This document shows positions 44,887-55,400 of a stretch of DNA of 64,000 nt, piece by piece. How positions within the stretch are numbered: the stretch's first letter is position 1; the number at the start of each line of letters is the position of its first letter. This DNA comes from an uncultured Bacteriovoracaceae bacterium (GTDB lineage Bacteria > Bdellovibrionota > Bacteriovoracia > Bacteriovoracales > Bacteriovoracaceae). The stretch spans positions 461-64,460 of the forward strand of contig CATMLK010000020.1 in NCBI GenBank assembly GCA_950070535.1, in the 5' to 3' direction. Under the pieces are notes generated by a model. That model was not told where the DNA came from, ran no database searches, and worked only from the letters and a program-made list of their open reading frames with translations. The translations under genes and the position numbers were made by a program.

Positions 44887-45650
44887 ACAACGAGCCTAGC
44901 TCCATTTGAGGAGGTCTGCTGGCGCAGGCCTTCCCATACAACCTTTCTAAGCATCCAGTTTTCATATTTAGCAAATTCAATCTGGGCCATTAGCCCTTCA
45001 CTTCTTTTACTTCTTGCTTTCGATACGAAACAACCAAGTGACTTGGCAGATAAGGCCTTATTTACAATCTGAATTGGAGCAAGCTCCTGGGAGTTGTTTC
45101 CAAAACTTGCCAATATTTTTTTGTTATTTTTAATATGACAAACTCCACTTTCAACGCTCAAAAATAACTCGCGAGTTAGCTCTCTTCCATTTCCAAGCAT
45201 TGCTCCACATGAGTCTGCACCCACACTTTCAATGATACCAAGTGTTTCCCTTGTAAGGTCTTCCTCACACGAAGAAAAGTGGCCACTACACAAATTGAAT
45301 ACGATTTTTTCAGGAATTACTTGTTCACAAAAATCTAAAAAAGATTTTGCGGACAATGTTTGTTCCTCTCCATAGTAAGAAATGGGAGCTTTAAGATTTA
45401 TTACAATTTTGTCTGACTCATGAAAAAGCCATTCAAACTTAGGGGACAACTTGATTCTTTGCTCGCCAACATCACAAAGGTCACCCAAAAATAAAATCTT
45501 GATTTTTTCCTGTGGTGGCTCCGTTAGACGAAAACCTTCAAAGTCCAGGTACTCCTTAGGAATTGATTGATCCCTCACTGAGGACTCAAAAGGCAACCCA
45601 GCAAACGCTTTACCGAACATTTTAAGGAGATCTTGCTTAGTATTTATCAT
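44883..45650 (-). CDS. hypothetical protein, weakly CapA/metallophosphoesterase-like
   Basis: 255-aa ORF convergent with ileS (4-nt overlap). KILFLGDLCD and NLKAPIS blocks loosely resemble CapA. Weak call. Confidence 0.35.
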   Translation of the reverse strand: MINTKQDLLKMFGKAFAGLPFESSVRDQSIPKEYLDFEGFRLTEPPQEKIKILFLGDLCDVGEQRIKLSPKFEWLFHESDKIVINLKAPISYYGEEQTLSAKSFLDFCEQVIPEKIVFNLCSGHFSSCEEDLTRETLGIIESVGADSCGAMLGNGRELTRELFLSVESGVCHIKNNKKILASFGNNSQELAPIQIVNKALSAKSLGCFVSKARSKRSEGLMAQIEFAKYENWMLRKVVWEGLRQQTSSNGARLVV

Positions 45651-45777
45651 AACTTACTTATACAAAAAATAACGCAGTGCCTCAACCTCATGTGTAATTT
45701 TTATTCCTTAAGTTATTTTAAGCCTTAGACACGCAAATTGTTTAAAATCCCTGAAAAGATAATATAATAATAACCAT

Positions 45778-46572
45778 ATGAAATTATTAGTGATCATTCT
45801 TTTAAACTGTGCTTGGACGATGGCCTATCTTCCAGATCAAATTGCCATTTCAGACTATGAGTTTAGAAGATATGTAAGACCACAATTAAAGAGTATCGCA
45901 AATGATTTTCAAACGCTTTTCTTCTCACTTAATCCCCCATTGGCATCCCTTAAAAGTTCTTATTCTGAGTTTCGAAAAATAAATACTTTAAACCAACAAA
46001 TTAGGATTGATTGCAAAGACAACAAGCTTGAAGGTGGTTGTTTAGATCAAGTTAAATCTCTAGAGAAGTCGCTATTGAGCGTCTCAAAAACTCTTTCTTC
46101 AATAAAGGAGATTAACACCAAGTCGGTCGACTCCAAACTGTTTTTTGCCAACTCAAAAGAGATGATTGAGCAGTCCTTAACAAGAAATATTTTAAGAATT
46201 CAAAACCTAGATTATAAAGGCCAACTCATTGGCGACGCAAAATTTTCAACTGGTGCCCTTTGCGACCAAGTTAATTATCTGTTCGATCGCTTCAACACTT
46301 TCCTATTTAAGAGTTCCAATGAAAAATTTAAACATGAAATTAACAGTTTTTGGGCGAACTTCATTAGGCCAGTCGAGACCTATGCAATCCATAAAAACAA
46401 TAAAGAGTTCTTTAAGCGAAATATTAATGAACTAAACATGAGGTGGAACATGCTGCACGTTCGCCTTACCAAAAGAGGCTACGAGCCAAACAAACAAACC
46501 TCAACACTGATTAATATAATGCAAAGGCGATGGGTTAATATTTTAAAGGTGAGCCTAAAGCCGAGAGGATAG
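45778..46572 (+). CDS. hypothetical secreted protein
   Basis: Signal-like N-terminus MKLLVIILLNCAWTMA. 264 aa. Confidence 0.5.
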   Translation: MKLLVIILLNCAWTMAYLPDQIAISDYEFRRYVRPQLKSIANDFQTLFFSLNPPLASLKSSYSEFRKINTLNQQIRIDCKDNKLEGGCLDQVKSLEKSLLSVSKTLSSIKEINTKSVDSKLFFANSKEMIEQSLTRNILRIQNLDYKGQLIGDAKFSTGALCDQVNYLFDRFNTFLFKSSNEKFKHEINSFWANFIRPVETYAIHKNNKEFFKRNINELNMRWNMLHVRLTKRGYEPNKQTSTLINIMQRRWVNILKVSLKPRG

Positions 46573-46666
46573 TTTTTTTCTTAGACTTATACTTAATCAT
46601 CATAACGACGAATCTTCATAGGCTTTAGATTTTTAATTTAATGAAGTTATTAGAATTTAGCCTTTG

Positions 46667-46701
46667 AAAAAAAACGGGACCAACTTGGTCCCGCATTTTT
46701 T
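46667..46701. terminator. bidirectional rho-independent terminator shared by rpsU (-) and the 45778-46572 gene (+)
   Basis: AAAAAAAA CGGGACC aact TGGTCCCG cATTTTTT. A/T runs flank both sides. Confidence 0.7.
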
Positions 46702-46918
46702 AGATTTTTGTTCTAGTTCTGTAAGTTTTTGTGCTGGTTTTTCTACGTCTTTTTTCCGCAGCTTCAGCTTTTTCCAACTTTTGGATAGAAGGTTTCTTGT
46801 ACTCTTTACGTGAACGGTACTCTTTTACAACACCAAAGTTGTCGCACATTCTTTTGAATTTTTTGATAGTCTTATCAACACCAAAGCGCTCATCAACTTT
46901 TAAATAGATATTTTGCAA
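46700..46918 (-). CDS. rpsU: 30S ribosomal protein S21
   Basis: TTG start after GGGGGTGA. VDERFGVDKTIKKFKRMCDNFGVVKEYRSRKEYKKPS is the canonical S21 pattern. Confidence 0.9.
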   Translation of the reverse strand: MQNIYLKVDERFGVDKTIKKFKRMCDNFGVVKEYRSRKEYKKPSIQKLEKAEAAEKRRRKTSTKTYRTRTKI

Positions 46919-47009
46919 TTTTAATTCACCCCCTTCAAAGTGGCATTAAAAGCAGTGTAAAACACTGGAAAAAGTAAAACTTGGATAAATTAATTCAAAA
47001 GCTGTATAT

Positions 47010-48281
47010 ATGTCAACCATAGCAGAAGGAGTAAAAATGAGGGAACAAAGAGGGCTATTCCAGGAAAGTGAAACCACCCAAACACCTCTGGCTTTTGAGA
47101 TTAGGCCAGAATCCTTGGATGAATACTACGGCCAGGACTCTATAAAGCATCGCATAGACAGACTCGATTTTAAGCGACTCCCCCACATCATTTTTTGGGG
47201 CCCTCCAGGCACAGGTAAGACAACAGTTGCAGGGATTCTTGCTAAGAAGGCAGCTCTTGAGATTTTTAATTTCAATGCTGTCATGGGTGGAGTAAATGAC
47301 CTTAGAAAGCTCATTTCAGCAGCTCAGGATCTAACAAGACTAGAAGGCAAAAGATCAATAATCTTTATTGACGAGATTCATAGGTTCAATAAGGCACAAC
47401 AAGATGCTCTTCTACCCTACTTAGAAAAAGGTGACTTCGTCCTTTTTGGAGCGACTACAGAGTATCCACAAACCGCATTAAATAGGGCACTTCTCTCCCG
47501 GGTACAGCTATGGAACCTTGAAATGCTCAAAAAGGATGACTTAGTTAAGATCATTCAAAGGGCCATTGAGATACGAGAGTTGGGACTCACCAATGAAGTG
47601 GTTGAATTCATTGCTGATAATAATAATGGAGATGCAAGGGCCGCCCTAAACCAGGTTGAAATACTGGAACAGAACAAGGATATCATTGGCGAACTGAGCT
47701 TTGAGCAGATCAAAAAGCAATTTCTTTTTTCTCAGAGGCGCTATGATAAGAATTCCGAGAGACACTATGACGTAATTAGCGCATTTATTAAAAGCATTAG
47801 AGGAAGCGATGCCGATGCGGCCTTACTTTGGCTTGCTGTAATGCTTGATGGTGGGGAAGATCCGGCATTTATTGGGAGAAGGCTCATCATTGCCGCCAGC
47901 GAGGATATTGGCAATGCCGATCCAAGAGCTTTGCAAATTGCCTGTGATGCACACTATGCGACAAAACAAATAGGTATGCCAGAAGCTAGAATTCCTCTGG
48001 CCCAAGCAACGGTGTATTTGGCCAGGTCCCCTAAAAGTAATTCAAGTTACCTTGCAATAGATGCGGCCTTAAATCATGTGAGAAACGCCAAAACAATTGA
48101 GGTGCCCACACACCTTAGAAATCACCACCCAGACAAAAAAGATTATAAATACCCTCACTCTTTTGAAAATCACTGGGTGGAGCAGAACTATCACAATGAA
48201 AACGCGTCATTTTTGCGACCAGGAAACCTGGGATATGAAAGAATGCAGTCAGACAATCTTTCTAAAATGAAAAAGGGCTAA
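47010..48281 (+). CDS. rarA: replication-associated recombination protein A (AAA+ ATPase)
   Basis: Walker A GPPGTGKTT, IIFIDEIHRFNK, and C-terminal MgsA block HYDVISAFIKSIRGSDADAALLWLA. An alternative start lies at 47037. Confidence 0.92.
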   Translation: MSTIAEGVKMREQRGLFQESETTQTPLAFEIRPESLDEYYGQDSIKHRIDRLDFKRLPHIIFWGPPGTGKTTVAGILAKKAALEIFNFNAVMGGVNDLRKLISAAQDLTRLEGKRSIIFIDEIHRFNKAQQDALLPYLEKGDFVLFGATTEYPQTALNRALLSRVQLWNLEMLKKDDLVKIIQRAIEIRELGLTNEVVEFIADNNNGDARAALNQVEILEQNKDIIGELSFEQIKKQFLFSQRRYDKNSERHYDVISAFIKSIRGSDADAALLWLAVMLDGGEDPAFIGRRLIIAASEDIGNADPRALQIACDAHYATKQIGMPEARIPLAQATVYLARSPKSNSSYLAIDAALNHVRNAKTIEVPTHLRNHHPDKKDYKYPHSFENHWVEQNYHNENASFLRPGNLGYERMQSDNLSKMKKG

Positions 48282-48317
48282 TTGCCATTAAGGTAAGTTC
48301 CTGTCACTATTGGTCTT

Positions 48318-48953
48318 ATGATTGAATATGTTATTGCACATGATCCTGATGACAGAGTAATTGATAGGGCCGTTAAGCTCTTAAGAGATGGCAAACTAAT
48401 TTGTCTGCCAACAGACACAAACTGGATAGCCCTAGCTGATCCCTACAATAAAAATGCTGTTGAAAAACTGTATAAGTTAAAACAAGAAAATTTTCAAAAG
48501 CATTTTTCCCTATTGGTTAATGACATATCAAAGGCCAGTGATGTTGCAATAATTGAAGACTATGCGTTTAAATTACTTAAAAGAACTACGCCTGGGCATT
48601 ATACTTTTATTTTTGAAGCGACAAAAAAAATAGCTAAGACCCTTAAAGCATCTAAGCAAGATAAAGAGATTGGAATAAGGTTTGTTCCAAGTGTTCTCGT
48701 CTCAAGAATCATAGAGTTATTCGAAGCTCCTCTTATAAGTACTAATATCCCAAACAAGATTCTTGAAAGCTTCGAAGGCAGTGATCAGATCTTTAGCTAC
48801 ATGGTGGAAGATAAGTTTTCCCACATACTAGGAATGATAATAGATCCTGGTGAGTTTGAATTTGTCGGTGAAAGTACAATCGTAGATTTTTCCAAAGGTG
48901 GAGTGGAACTTGTTAGAGAGGGAGCTGGTTCATTAGCTCCCCTAAATCTTTAG
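48318..48953 (+). CDS. tsaC: L-threonylcarbamoyladenylate synthase (YrdC/TsaC family)
   Basis: LPTDTNWIALADP and STIVDFS blocks of the YrdC fold. 211 aa. Confidence 0.85.
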   Translation: MIEYVIAHDPDDRVIDRAVKLLRDGKLICLPTDTNWIALADPYNKNAVEKLYKLKQENFQKHFSLLVNDISKASDVAIIEDYAFKLLKRTTPGHYTFIFEATKKIAKTLKASKQDKEIGIRFVPSVLVSRIIELFEAPLISTNIPNKILESFEGSDQIFSYMVEDKFSHILGMIIDPGEFEFVGESTIVDFSKGGVELVREGAGSLAPLNL

Positions 48954-49057
48954 GCCATGTGAGGATACCTTATATGATCTCTGAGTGCCTCAAGTGCAAG
49001 ATCAGGACTATAACTATCCCAGTGACTCAAAAGCTTAAAAAAACGCCTAATCATAGA

Positions 49058-51061
49058 CTAAACTCCACCTCCATCAGTGATAGTCCAGCCCTTGTTGTTC
49101 TTTAAATTTGATCTTGCAGCGCCACCAGCACCAGCACTTGTATATTTTGAATTGTAAGCGTGAATATTCAGACCTGTCACACCCGATGCATCTAGCCTAA
49201 CCAACAAGTTGTCGTACTTGTCCCTTGATATGGTCGTATATCTCAAAAAATCTTTAATATCTGTCACACTTGAGAAGTCCCAGTTGGAAAAGTTTAGCTT
49301 TGTCGCATCTGGCGTCCAGTAAAACATCCTTCTCATATTTGTCACGTTTGAAGTATTCCAATTCACAATCGTAGGATTTGCGTCCTCAGCATAATAAAAC
49401 ATACCGTACATATTCTCGACATTTGAAGTATCCCAAGTGCTCACATCGGGATTTGCAACCTCGGCCTTGTAGAACATTGAATCCATAGTAGTTACACTAG
49501 ATGTATCCCACCCGCTAGTGTTTGGTTTTGCTAAAAGTGTATAGCTAAACATATGACTCATGTCTGTAACTTTTGAGGTGTCCCAACCGCTCGTGTCTGG
49601 ATTAGCATTATCTGTACGACTGAACATTTGATTCATGGTGGTAACGCTACTAGTATCCCAGTTACTTGTATTAGGTGTTGCATTTGAGGCCTGAGTAAAC
49701 ATTTGTTGCATAGAAGTTACACTAGATGTGTCCCAACTTGAGACATTTGGATTAGTTGTAATTCCCTTAAATACACCTGCCATATTTTGAACTTTCGAAA
49801 CGTTCCAACTTGTCACGTCAGGGTCTGCCGATGTGGCATTGTTAAAAATATAACTAATATCCACGACGCTGGATGTGTCCCACAAGGCCACATCCGGATC
49901 AATCGTAGAGCTTTGATTAAACATAGACGCCATATTAGTCACACTTGATACATCCCAATCTCTAACGCTGGGAGTATTACCTGAATAGTAAGAAAACATC
50001 CGCTCCATATTTGTAACTTTTGAGGTATCCCATGTAGAAACGTCAGGTGTAAAAGAAGCAAAATAAAACATATGCTCCATGTTTTTAACGTTTGAAGTAT
50101 CAAAGTTACCAAGCCCCACTGCTGTGCCAGAGTTTGCAAACATATAGCTCATATCCTCCACACTTGATGTATCCCAATTTGATGCATTTGGGTTGGAGGC
50201 ACTTGCATAATTAAACATATTCGACATGTTCTTAACTTTTGAAGTATTCCACGAGCTTGTTATTGGAGTTGCATTGCCAGCATCCCTAAACATATTGCTC
50301 ATATCGACCACTTCAGATGTGTCTCCTCCAGCAACTGCAGTTAGGTTGTTACAGCCTCTAAAGGCTCCGCTCAAATTTTTCCAACCTACAGTACCCAGCT
50401 CGATGACAGTTAAAAGTTTCTCATTATCACCAGGTGGATCCATCCAATCAACTTCTGGAAAAGACCACCCCTCCACTAGACCTGTAATAGTAACCGTATA
50501 ATCTCCACTTGATCCATAGTTGTGAATTGCATCTGAGTCATTGTAGGAGGTCACCACACCAGTTTGACCATCGCCCCAATCAACTGAAAAATTATAATTA
50601 TACCCCTCAACAAGAGGAAGCTTTATTGAGTTGGATCCATCCCCATAAGAGCCATCACCAACTCTCCAAGTTGACTTAAAAGGCACGACTTCTTTTACGG
50701 TTAAATTAAAAGTCCCGGTTTCCACAGTGGATGTATTATCCGTTACATAGTAGTTGAAGCTAGCACTTCCAGATTCATCGGGAGTTACACCCACTGAGCA
50801 AATACCTGAACTACAAGAACAAGAAGAAGTAACAGATACGTTTTGGGTATTTAGTACCTCACAAGTTGTTCCTTCAAAATTTTCTGAGTAACTCAAAGGT
50901 ACAGTTTGTTCCACACCACTTAGGAGGCTGCTTGACTCAGGACTAAGGTCCTCATGCTCAAGGTTGGCGAGACTCTGTAATTCAGAGCTAATTTCACCAC
51001 AACCAATTTGTAAGAAGATCACCCCTAAGCAAAATATATATTTGATTGATTGAATTAACAT
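49058..51061 (-). CDS. BspA/DUF285-type repeat surface protein
   Basis: N-terminal signal with Cys (FLQIGCGE). About 13 tandem 25-26-aa units of form WDTSxVTxMxxMFxxAxxxNPxxSx. GAGGTG SD 6 nt before the ATG. Confidence 0.8.
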   Translation of the reverse strand: MLIQSIKYIFCLGVIFLQIGCGEISSELQSLANLEHEDLSPESSSLLSGVEQTVPLSYSENFEGTTCEVLNTQNVSVTSSCSCSSGICSVGVTPDESGSASFNYYVTDNTSTVETGTFNLTVKEVVPFKSTWRVGDGSYGDGSNSIKLPLVEGYNYNFSVDWGDGQTGVVTSYNDSDAIHNYGSSGDYTVTITGLVEGWSFPEVDWMDPPGDNEKLLTVIELGTVGWKNLSGAFRGCNNLTAVAGGDTSEVVDMSNMFRDAGNATPITSSWNTSKVKNMSNMFNYASASNPNASNWDTSSVEDMSYMFANSGTAVGLGNFDTSNVKNMEHMFYFASFTPDVSTWDTSKVTNMERMFSYYSGNTPSVRDWDVSSVTNMASMFNQSSTIDPDVALWDTSSVVDISYIFNNATSADPDVTSWNVSKVQNMAGVFKGITTNPNVSSWDTSSVTSMQQMFTQASNATPNTSNWDTSSVTTMNQMFSRTDNANPDTSGWDTSKVTDMSHMFSYTLLAKPNTSGWDTSSVTTMDSMFYKAEVANPDVSTWDTSNVENMYGMFYYAEDANPTIVNWNTSNVTNMRRMFYWTPDATKLNFSNWDFSSVTDIKDFLRYTTISRDKYDNLLVRLDASGVTGLNIHAYNSKYTSAGAGGAARSNLKNNKGWTITDGGGV
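49260..50300 (-). repeat. tandem array of about 75-78-nt coding repeats (DUF285/BspA-type units)
   Basis: Recurrent WDTS(S/K)V(T/E)xM...MF periodicity in the translated protein. Boundaries approximate. Confidence 0.75.
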
Positions 51062-51310
51062 ACGTGCACCTCATCATTCAATTTATTACTATAGGTATTT
51101 TATCGGAGAGCTGAGGAGGAATTTACGCCAAGGTTGGAACATCAAATTATTCAAGTTTCAAAACAGGTCTAACTTCCCATTAATAGGCAATTGTTCGCTA
51201 ATTCTTTTTATAAAAAAAATTGGGCAGAGAGGTCTTAACTTGGAAATTTTGTTGGAAAAGCTTCAACGAGCTCAAATGTTGCCAAAGTTACTTGGCAACG
51301 CTTATGTTCA

Positions 51311-52201
51311 TTAAGCTTCAGTCAAATTGATACTATGTTGGGGGTCAAAAGACTTTTTGCGCTCGACACCCAGTTTTACAACAATGGTAATATCAATTTC
51401 TTTAACTACACCGTTTGGCGATCTATTCGCCTTTGTCTGTATCTTGAGTCCATGAGAGCGAAAACGAGCACCTAGCTCCTTCACTGTTGGTCCCAACTCC
51501 TTTACTAGATCACCATACTGGGTGGTAACATTAGAGAAGAACAATCTTAAACCAAAGTGTTTATTATTTTTATTTACTTTGAACTTATATTTAAGGCCTT
51601 CGAATTCATTCTCTTCTATTTTTTGAATAACTTCGTTGGCGCAAGTGTATAGAAAGCTTGCCTCTTTCTCACTCTTTCCAGCTAGCCTAACGATACTCTC
51701 GCTTAGCCCCTTACCTTTAGATTTACTTCCTATAGAGTTAGAAATCAAAGTTGAATTCAGGGAACCCAGTTTGCTGCGAATCGAATTAGATCTAGTCTCC
51801 AGTGCCAATTCACTCGACCTAGTGAGCTTAATATAGTTTTCGAATGCCCTTTTCTTGGCCGTTAGCTTTTCCAGCTCTTTTTCAAGAGATAATACTTCTT
51901 TGGATTTTTTGTTAAGCCGCTCGCGTTGAAGTAGATAGCTTTTCTCCAATTCACTTGCCTCGACTTGAACGGTCTCAATCCTCTCTTGAAAGTGCCTTTC
52001 TTTAAGGAATTCTTCTTCAAGTAACTGTGAAAGCTCAACATTAATCTGTCTAAGCTTTACAACTTGGTCCTCTAGACTGTTTATTTTGGAGTTGACCTGT
52101 AGATTATGATTCTTCACTCTTTTTTGATGTGATTCTAATAGCTCTCTGCGCTTTTTAAGCGAGGTGATCTCATTCTGCTTTTTAGTTAAGTTGGAATCCA
52201 T
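51311..52201 (-). CDS. hypothetical coiled-coil protein with globular C-terminal domain
   Basis: ATG 52201 is preceded by GGAGG (8-nt spacer). The first 170 aa or so are heptad-rich (LEDQVVKLRQINVELSQLLEEE...). Confidence 0.55.
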   Translation of the reverse strand: MDSNLTKKQNEITSLKKRRELLESHQKRVKNHNLQVNSKINSLEDQVVKLRQINVELSQLLEEEFLKERHFQERIETVQVEASELEKSYLLQRERLNKKSKEVLSLEKELEKLTAKKRAFENYIKLTRSSELALETRSNSIRSKLGSLNSTLISNSIGSKSKGKGLSESIVRLAGKSEKEASFLYTCANEVIQKIEENEFEGLKYKFKVNKNNKHFGLRLFFSNVTTQYGDLVKELGPTVKELGARFRSHGLKIQTKANRSPNGVVKEIDITIVVKLGVERKKSFDPQHSINLTEA

Positions 52202-52315
52202 GGTAAAAACCTCCACTTATAGTTTGACGCATACGCGATGCGAACTCTAGAGGGAAGTCTTTTCTCCTAAGAAGCAAATCATAAGTCTCTGATTTCACAT
52301 TGATTTAATTTAATC

Positions 52316-52329
52316 GACAATTAATTGTC
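52316..52329. promoter_or_regulatory. perfect 14-bp palindrome GACAATTAATTGTC (candidate operator)
   Basis: Read directly, in the 210-bp spacer about 115 nt upstream of the coiled-coil gene start. Confidence 0.3.
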
Positions 52330-52411
52330 TGACTGAATGCCAACAACACTTCGCCCACAAGGAATTAGCTTTTCCGGTAATATCTGGTTTTTGTAGTACC
52401 TTAAGTCTCTA

Positions 52412-55400
52412 TTACTTTGTCATAATGACTACTTTATTAGCGTAGGAATTCGTTTCCATAATTTTAGAACTATGCTCCGGGGTTGCACTACCTTCAGAAA
52501 TCTGTCCAGGTGAGCCCGTATACAAGTAATATAGATAGTCGTACTCATTCTCATCTGTAATCGCGGAATGGCCATCTTTTAGTTCAGAAAAAGCTTCATA
52601 CTTATGTGCAAGTGCATACATTGTAGCAATGGCGGCATTTCTTGGATCATCCAAAGAGTCCCAATTAATTTCAGGATACCTTTCACTACCGTCACTACCA
52701 GGTGCTCTATAGTTAAAAAACCTTCTGACATTCTTAATTTGTGTCATACCTCTAGAGTTGCGGATTTTATGTTTTTCTTTCATCATGAGACCTATAGTCC
52801 CTGAAAGTTGCGGTGCCATGAATAGGCCTGCTTTCATATTCAGATCACTTTTTAAATAGCTTACTACAGCCTGACCAAAGTTTGACTCTTTAAACTTATA
52901 AAGATTTAGGCCCATATTACTATCACCTTCGCCAAAACTACTCTCTGTTCCCATAATACCAAATGCTAGTTTTGCTAGTTCATTGTATTGATCATTAGTA
53001 AGTCCTGTATCTTCCATAATAAAACGTTTTTCATCTTCCAAAGCTTTTAGAAACTTCTCTGTGTTTTTTGATTTAAACTCATCATCAATTAGAGAAATAG
53101 TAATGGGTTTGAAACTCAACTTTTTTGCTGGAGAGAACTCATAGTCGTTTACACTCTTTTTCCCGTCGACTCCATCGAGACTAAACTCGGACATTTTCTT
53201 AGGCATTAATTTTAATTGATCTTCAACTAGTTTAAATTCCACATCATCCGTTTCAGGTAATACCGCCAATTGACAGTCCGGTTTTAGATAATCCCTTAGA
53301 GAGTCTAAGTCTTTTTTTGTAATGCCAATTTCACCGTTTGTGGATCTTGGATTTGACAAAATATCATCTAAATCGTGAGATGCTTCAATTTTTAAGGTCG
53401 ATAACAAGTTTGGATCTCGCGGATTTACAAGTGTAATTTCTTCTTTAGAAATAGAGTTCAAAGAGAAAATACCCGCACCAGTTTTATTGTTATACTTCTC
53501 AGGACTATACATTACAGTTTTTTCGTCACCGAGCTGAGCACCAAGTTTTATTGGGGTAGAATAAATCGTTAAAGGCTTTTCGCCATCGATTTTTACAAGC
53601 TCAAAACTTGCTTGTTCTTTATCAACAATCCCAACAACAGGGCAAGCTTTGTTGTTCTCTGAAAAGTGTTGTACGACTTTGTCTTTATTACTTAGAGTGT
53701 TGAAATTATTTTTTTTCTCCAAAAGCTTATGGTGAGGTCTCCAACCATCTAGGTCGATCTTGGTTTTCCCATAACTAAGTATTGATACTGCATCGTTGAG
53801 AACCTGCTCTTTAGGTTCCTGAATTTGACCTTTTTTACCGCGTACACCTAAATTTTGGCGATAATTTGACACGACTTGAAAGGCCTCACTGTCAGTAAGA
53901 GACCTTCCTTTATAAAGATCAAACACCTTACCATTAATAAGGTCTGCCCTCTTTCTATCTGCCAGAAGTTTAAGCGTTAACGTAGGGAATTTATCATTAA
54001 GCTTATCCAACTCATCTTCGTTTGGAAATTCCAGTTTTTCATCCTCAGAGCCCGCATCGGTGGCCAGTGCCACTTTTCTTGCCCTTTTAGACTCAAGTTC
54101 CAGAGACACTGGCTCACCTGATATATGATAGACTTTTCCTTTCTGAACGAAAGAATGATTACCCTTCTTAATTTCATCTGCAAGTTTTGCGATATCGGTT
54201 GGCTCACTATTTTCAACTTCTTCAACTTCTTTCGAACCAAATTTAGTCAAAAAATACTCCAGGCCTTTTTTTATAGGTTTTCCTGTTTTGATATCATAGA
54301 GCTTGTCTTTAAATTCGAATGAAAATGAATGATCATGATCTTTCAATTGGTCGTTTAGTGTTGTTAAAAAGTTGTCTCGGTCCTCCTCAGGAATGTGGGA
54401 AGTATCTACATCATCATCAAATCTAAAAAGACGATGCCACCTTTTGGAAAGATTTTTACCAGCTCTGCCTCCAATTCCCCTTGGCAACGAGTATTCACTG
54501 TTCCATATTTCTGGCAAATAATATTCTTTGCCAGCATAAACGAAAGATCTGTCCTTTCCCTTCTTATTCAAAATCCCACCATCAATCGCTTTCGCCAAAG
54601 CTCTGGTGAAGTTCTTATTTTTCAAAAGCTCCTCTTTGGTAAAGAAATAAGGAACGTTGTCCAGCACCTTTTGAGCGAGGTATTCATCTACAATTTCTTC
54701 GTCACTTTTTTCACCAATAATATAAGGAGTCGGGGCAGATAAAAGTTCTTTTTTAGCATTAGCATTAGCATTAGCTTTTGCTTTGATTTCTTTAATTACC
54801 TCATCCCCAGCAGGGGTACCGGCGACTTTGCTATTAATGTGTAACCACACATCGTTATAGCGAAGTTGATCATGCAAATTAATGGTGTTCGAATCTTCAA
54901 TTACTTTGCCAATCAGGTTTAAAAAGCTCTCTTCAATAACTACTTTCTTATCGTCTCTAACAACACAGGCATGCAATAGAGAGACGCACTCCGCAGGAAG
55001 CCCCATGTTCACCAAAAGATCAAGTGCCTTTCTATTCAGCTCATCAAGTCTTTGCTCCATTGTGTTCAACATATGTTCCATGTCATTTGTTTTAGAATTT
55101 CGAACGGAGGAATTTATAATTTTTGTAAAATTAAGAATACTTTGATCGTAAGCTCTATCTGTAAACTGGGAGTGAATATACTCGCCATCAACTTCTCTTT
55201 CCTTTTCGGCCAAGATTGCCAACATTCTCACATCCGACAATCCAATATTAAAAAACTTCTTCTTGAAAGCACTCTGCTCCCCAGCTTGTTCATTAATTAT
55301 ATCCTTAATGTGGGGCAATACCTTCGACAAGGCTGTTCTAGAAAGTTTGTTTTCAGGATGGTTAAACAGTTCACTTACCTCTCTGAAGGCTGGATCTTTT

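Noticed and set aside
53300-53700. Possible L,D-transpeptidase (YkuD)-like segment in the 1081-aa protein (…IYSTPIKLGAQLGDEKT…SNPRSTNGEIGITKKDL…)
   Set aside because: The resemblance is loose, and the position expected for the catalytic Cys reads Glu. It cannot be supported without a profile search, so it is not called as a domain.
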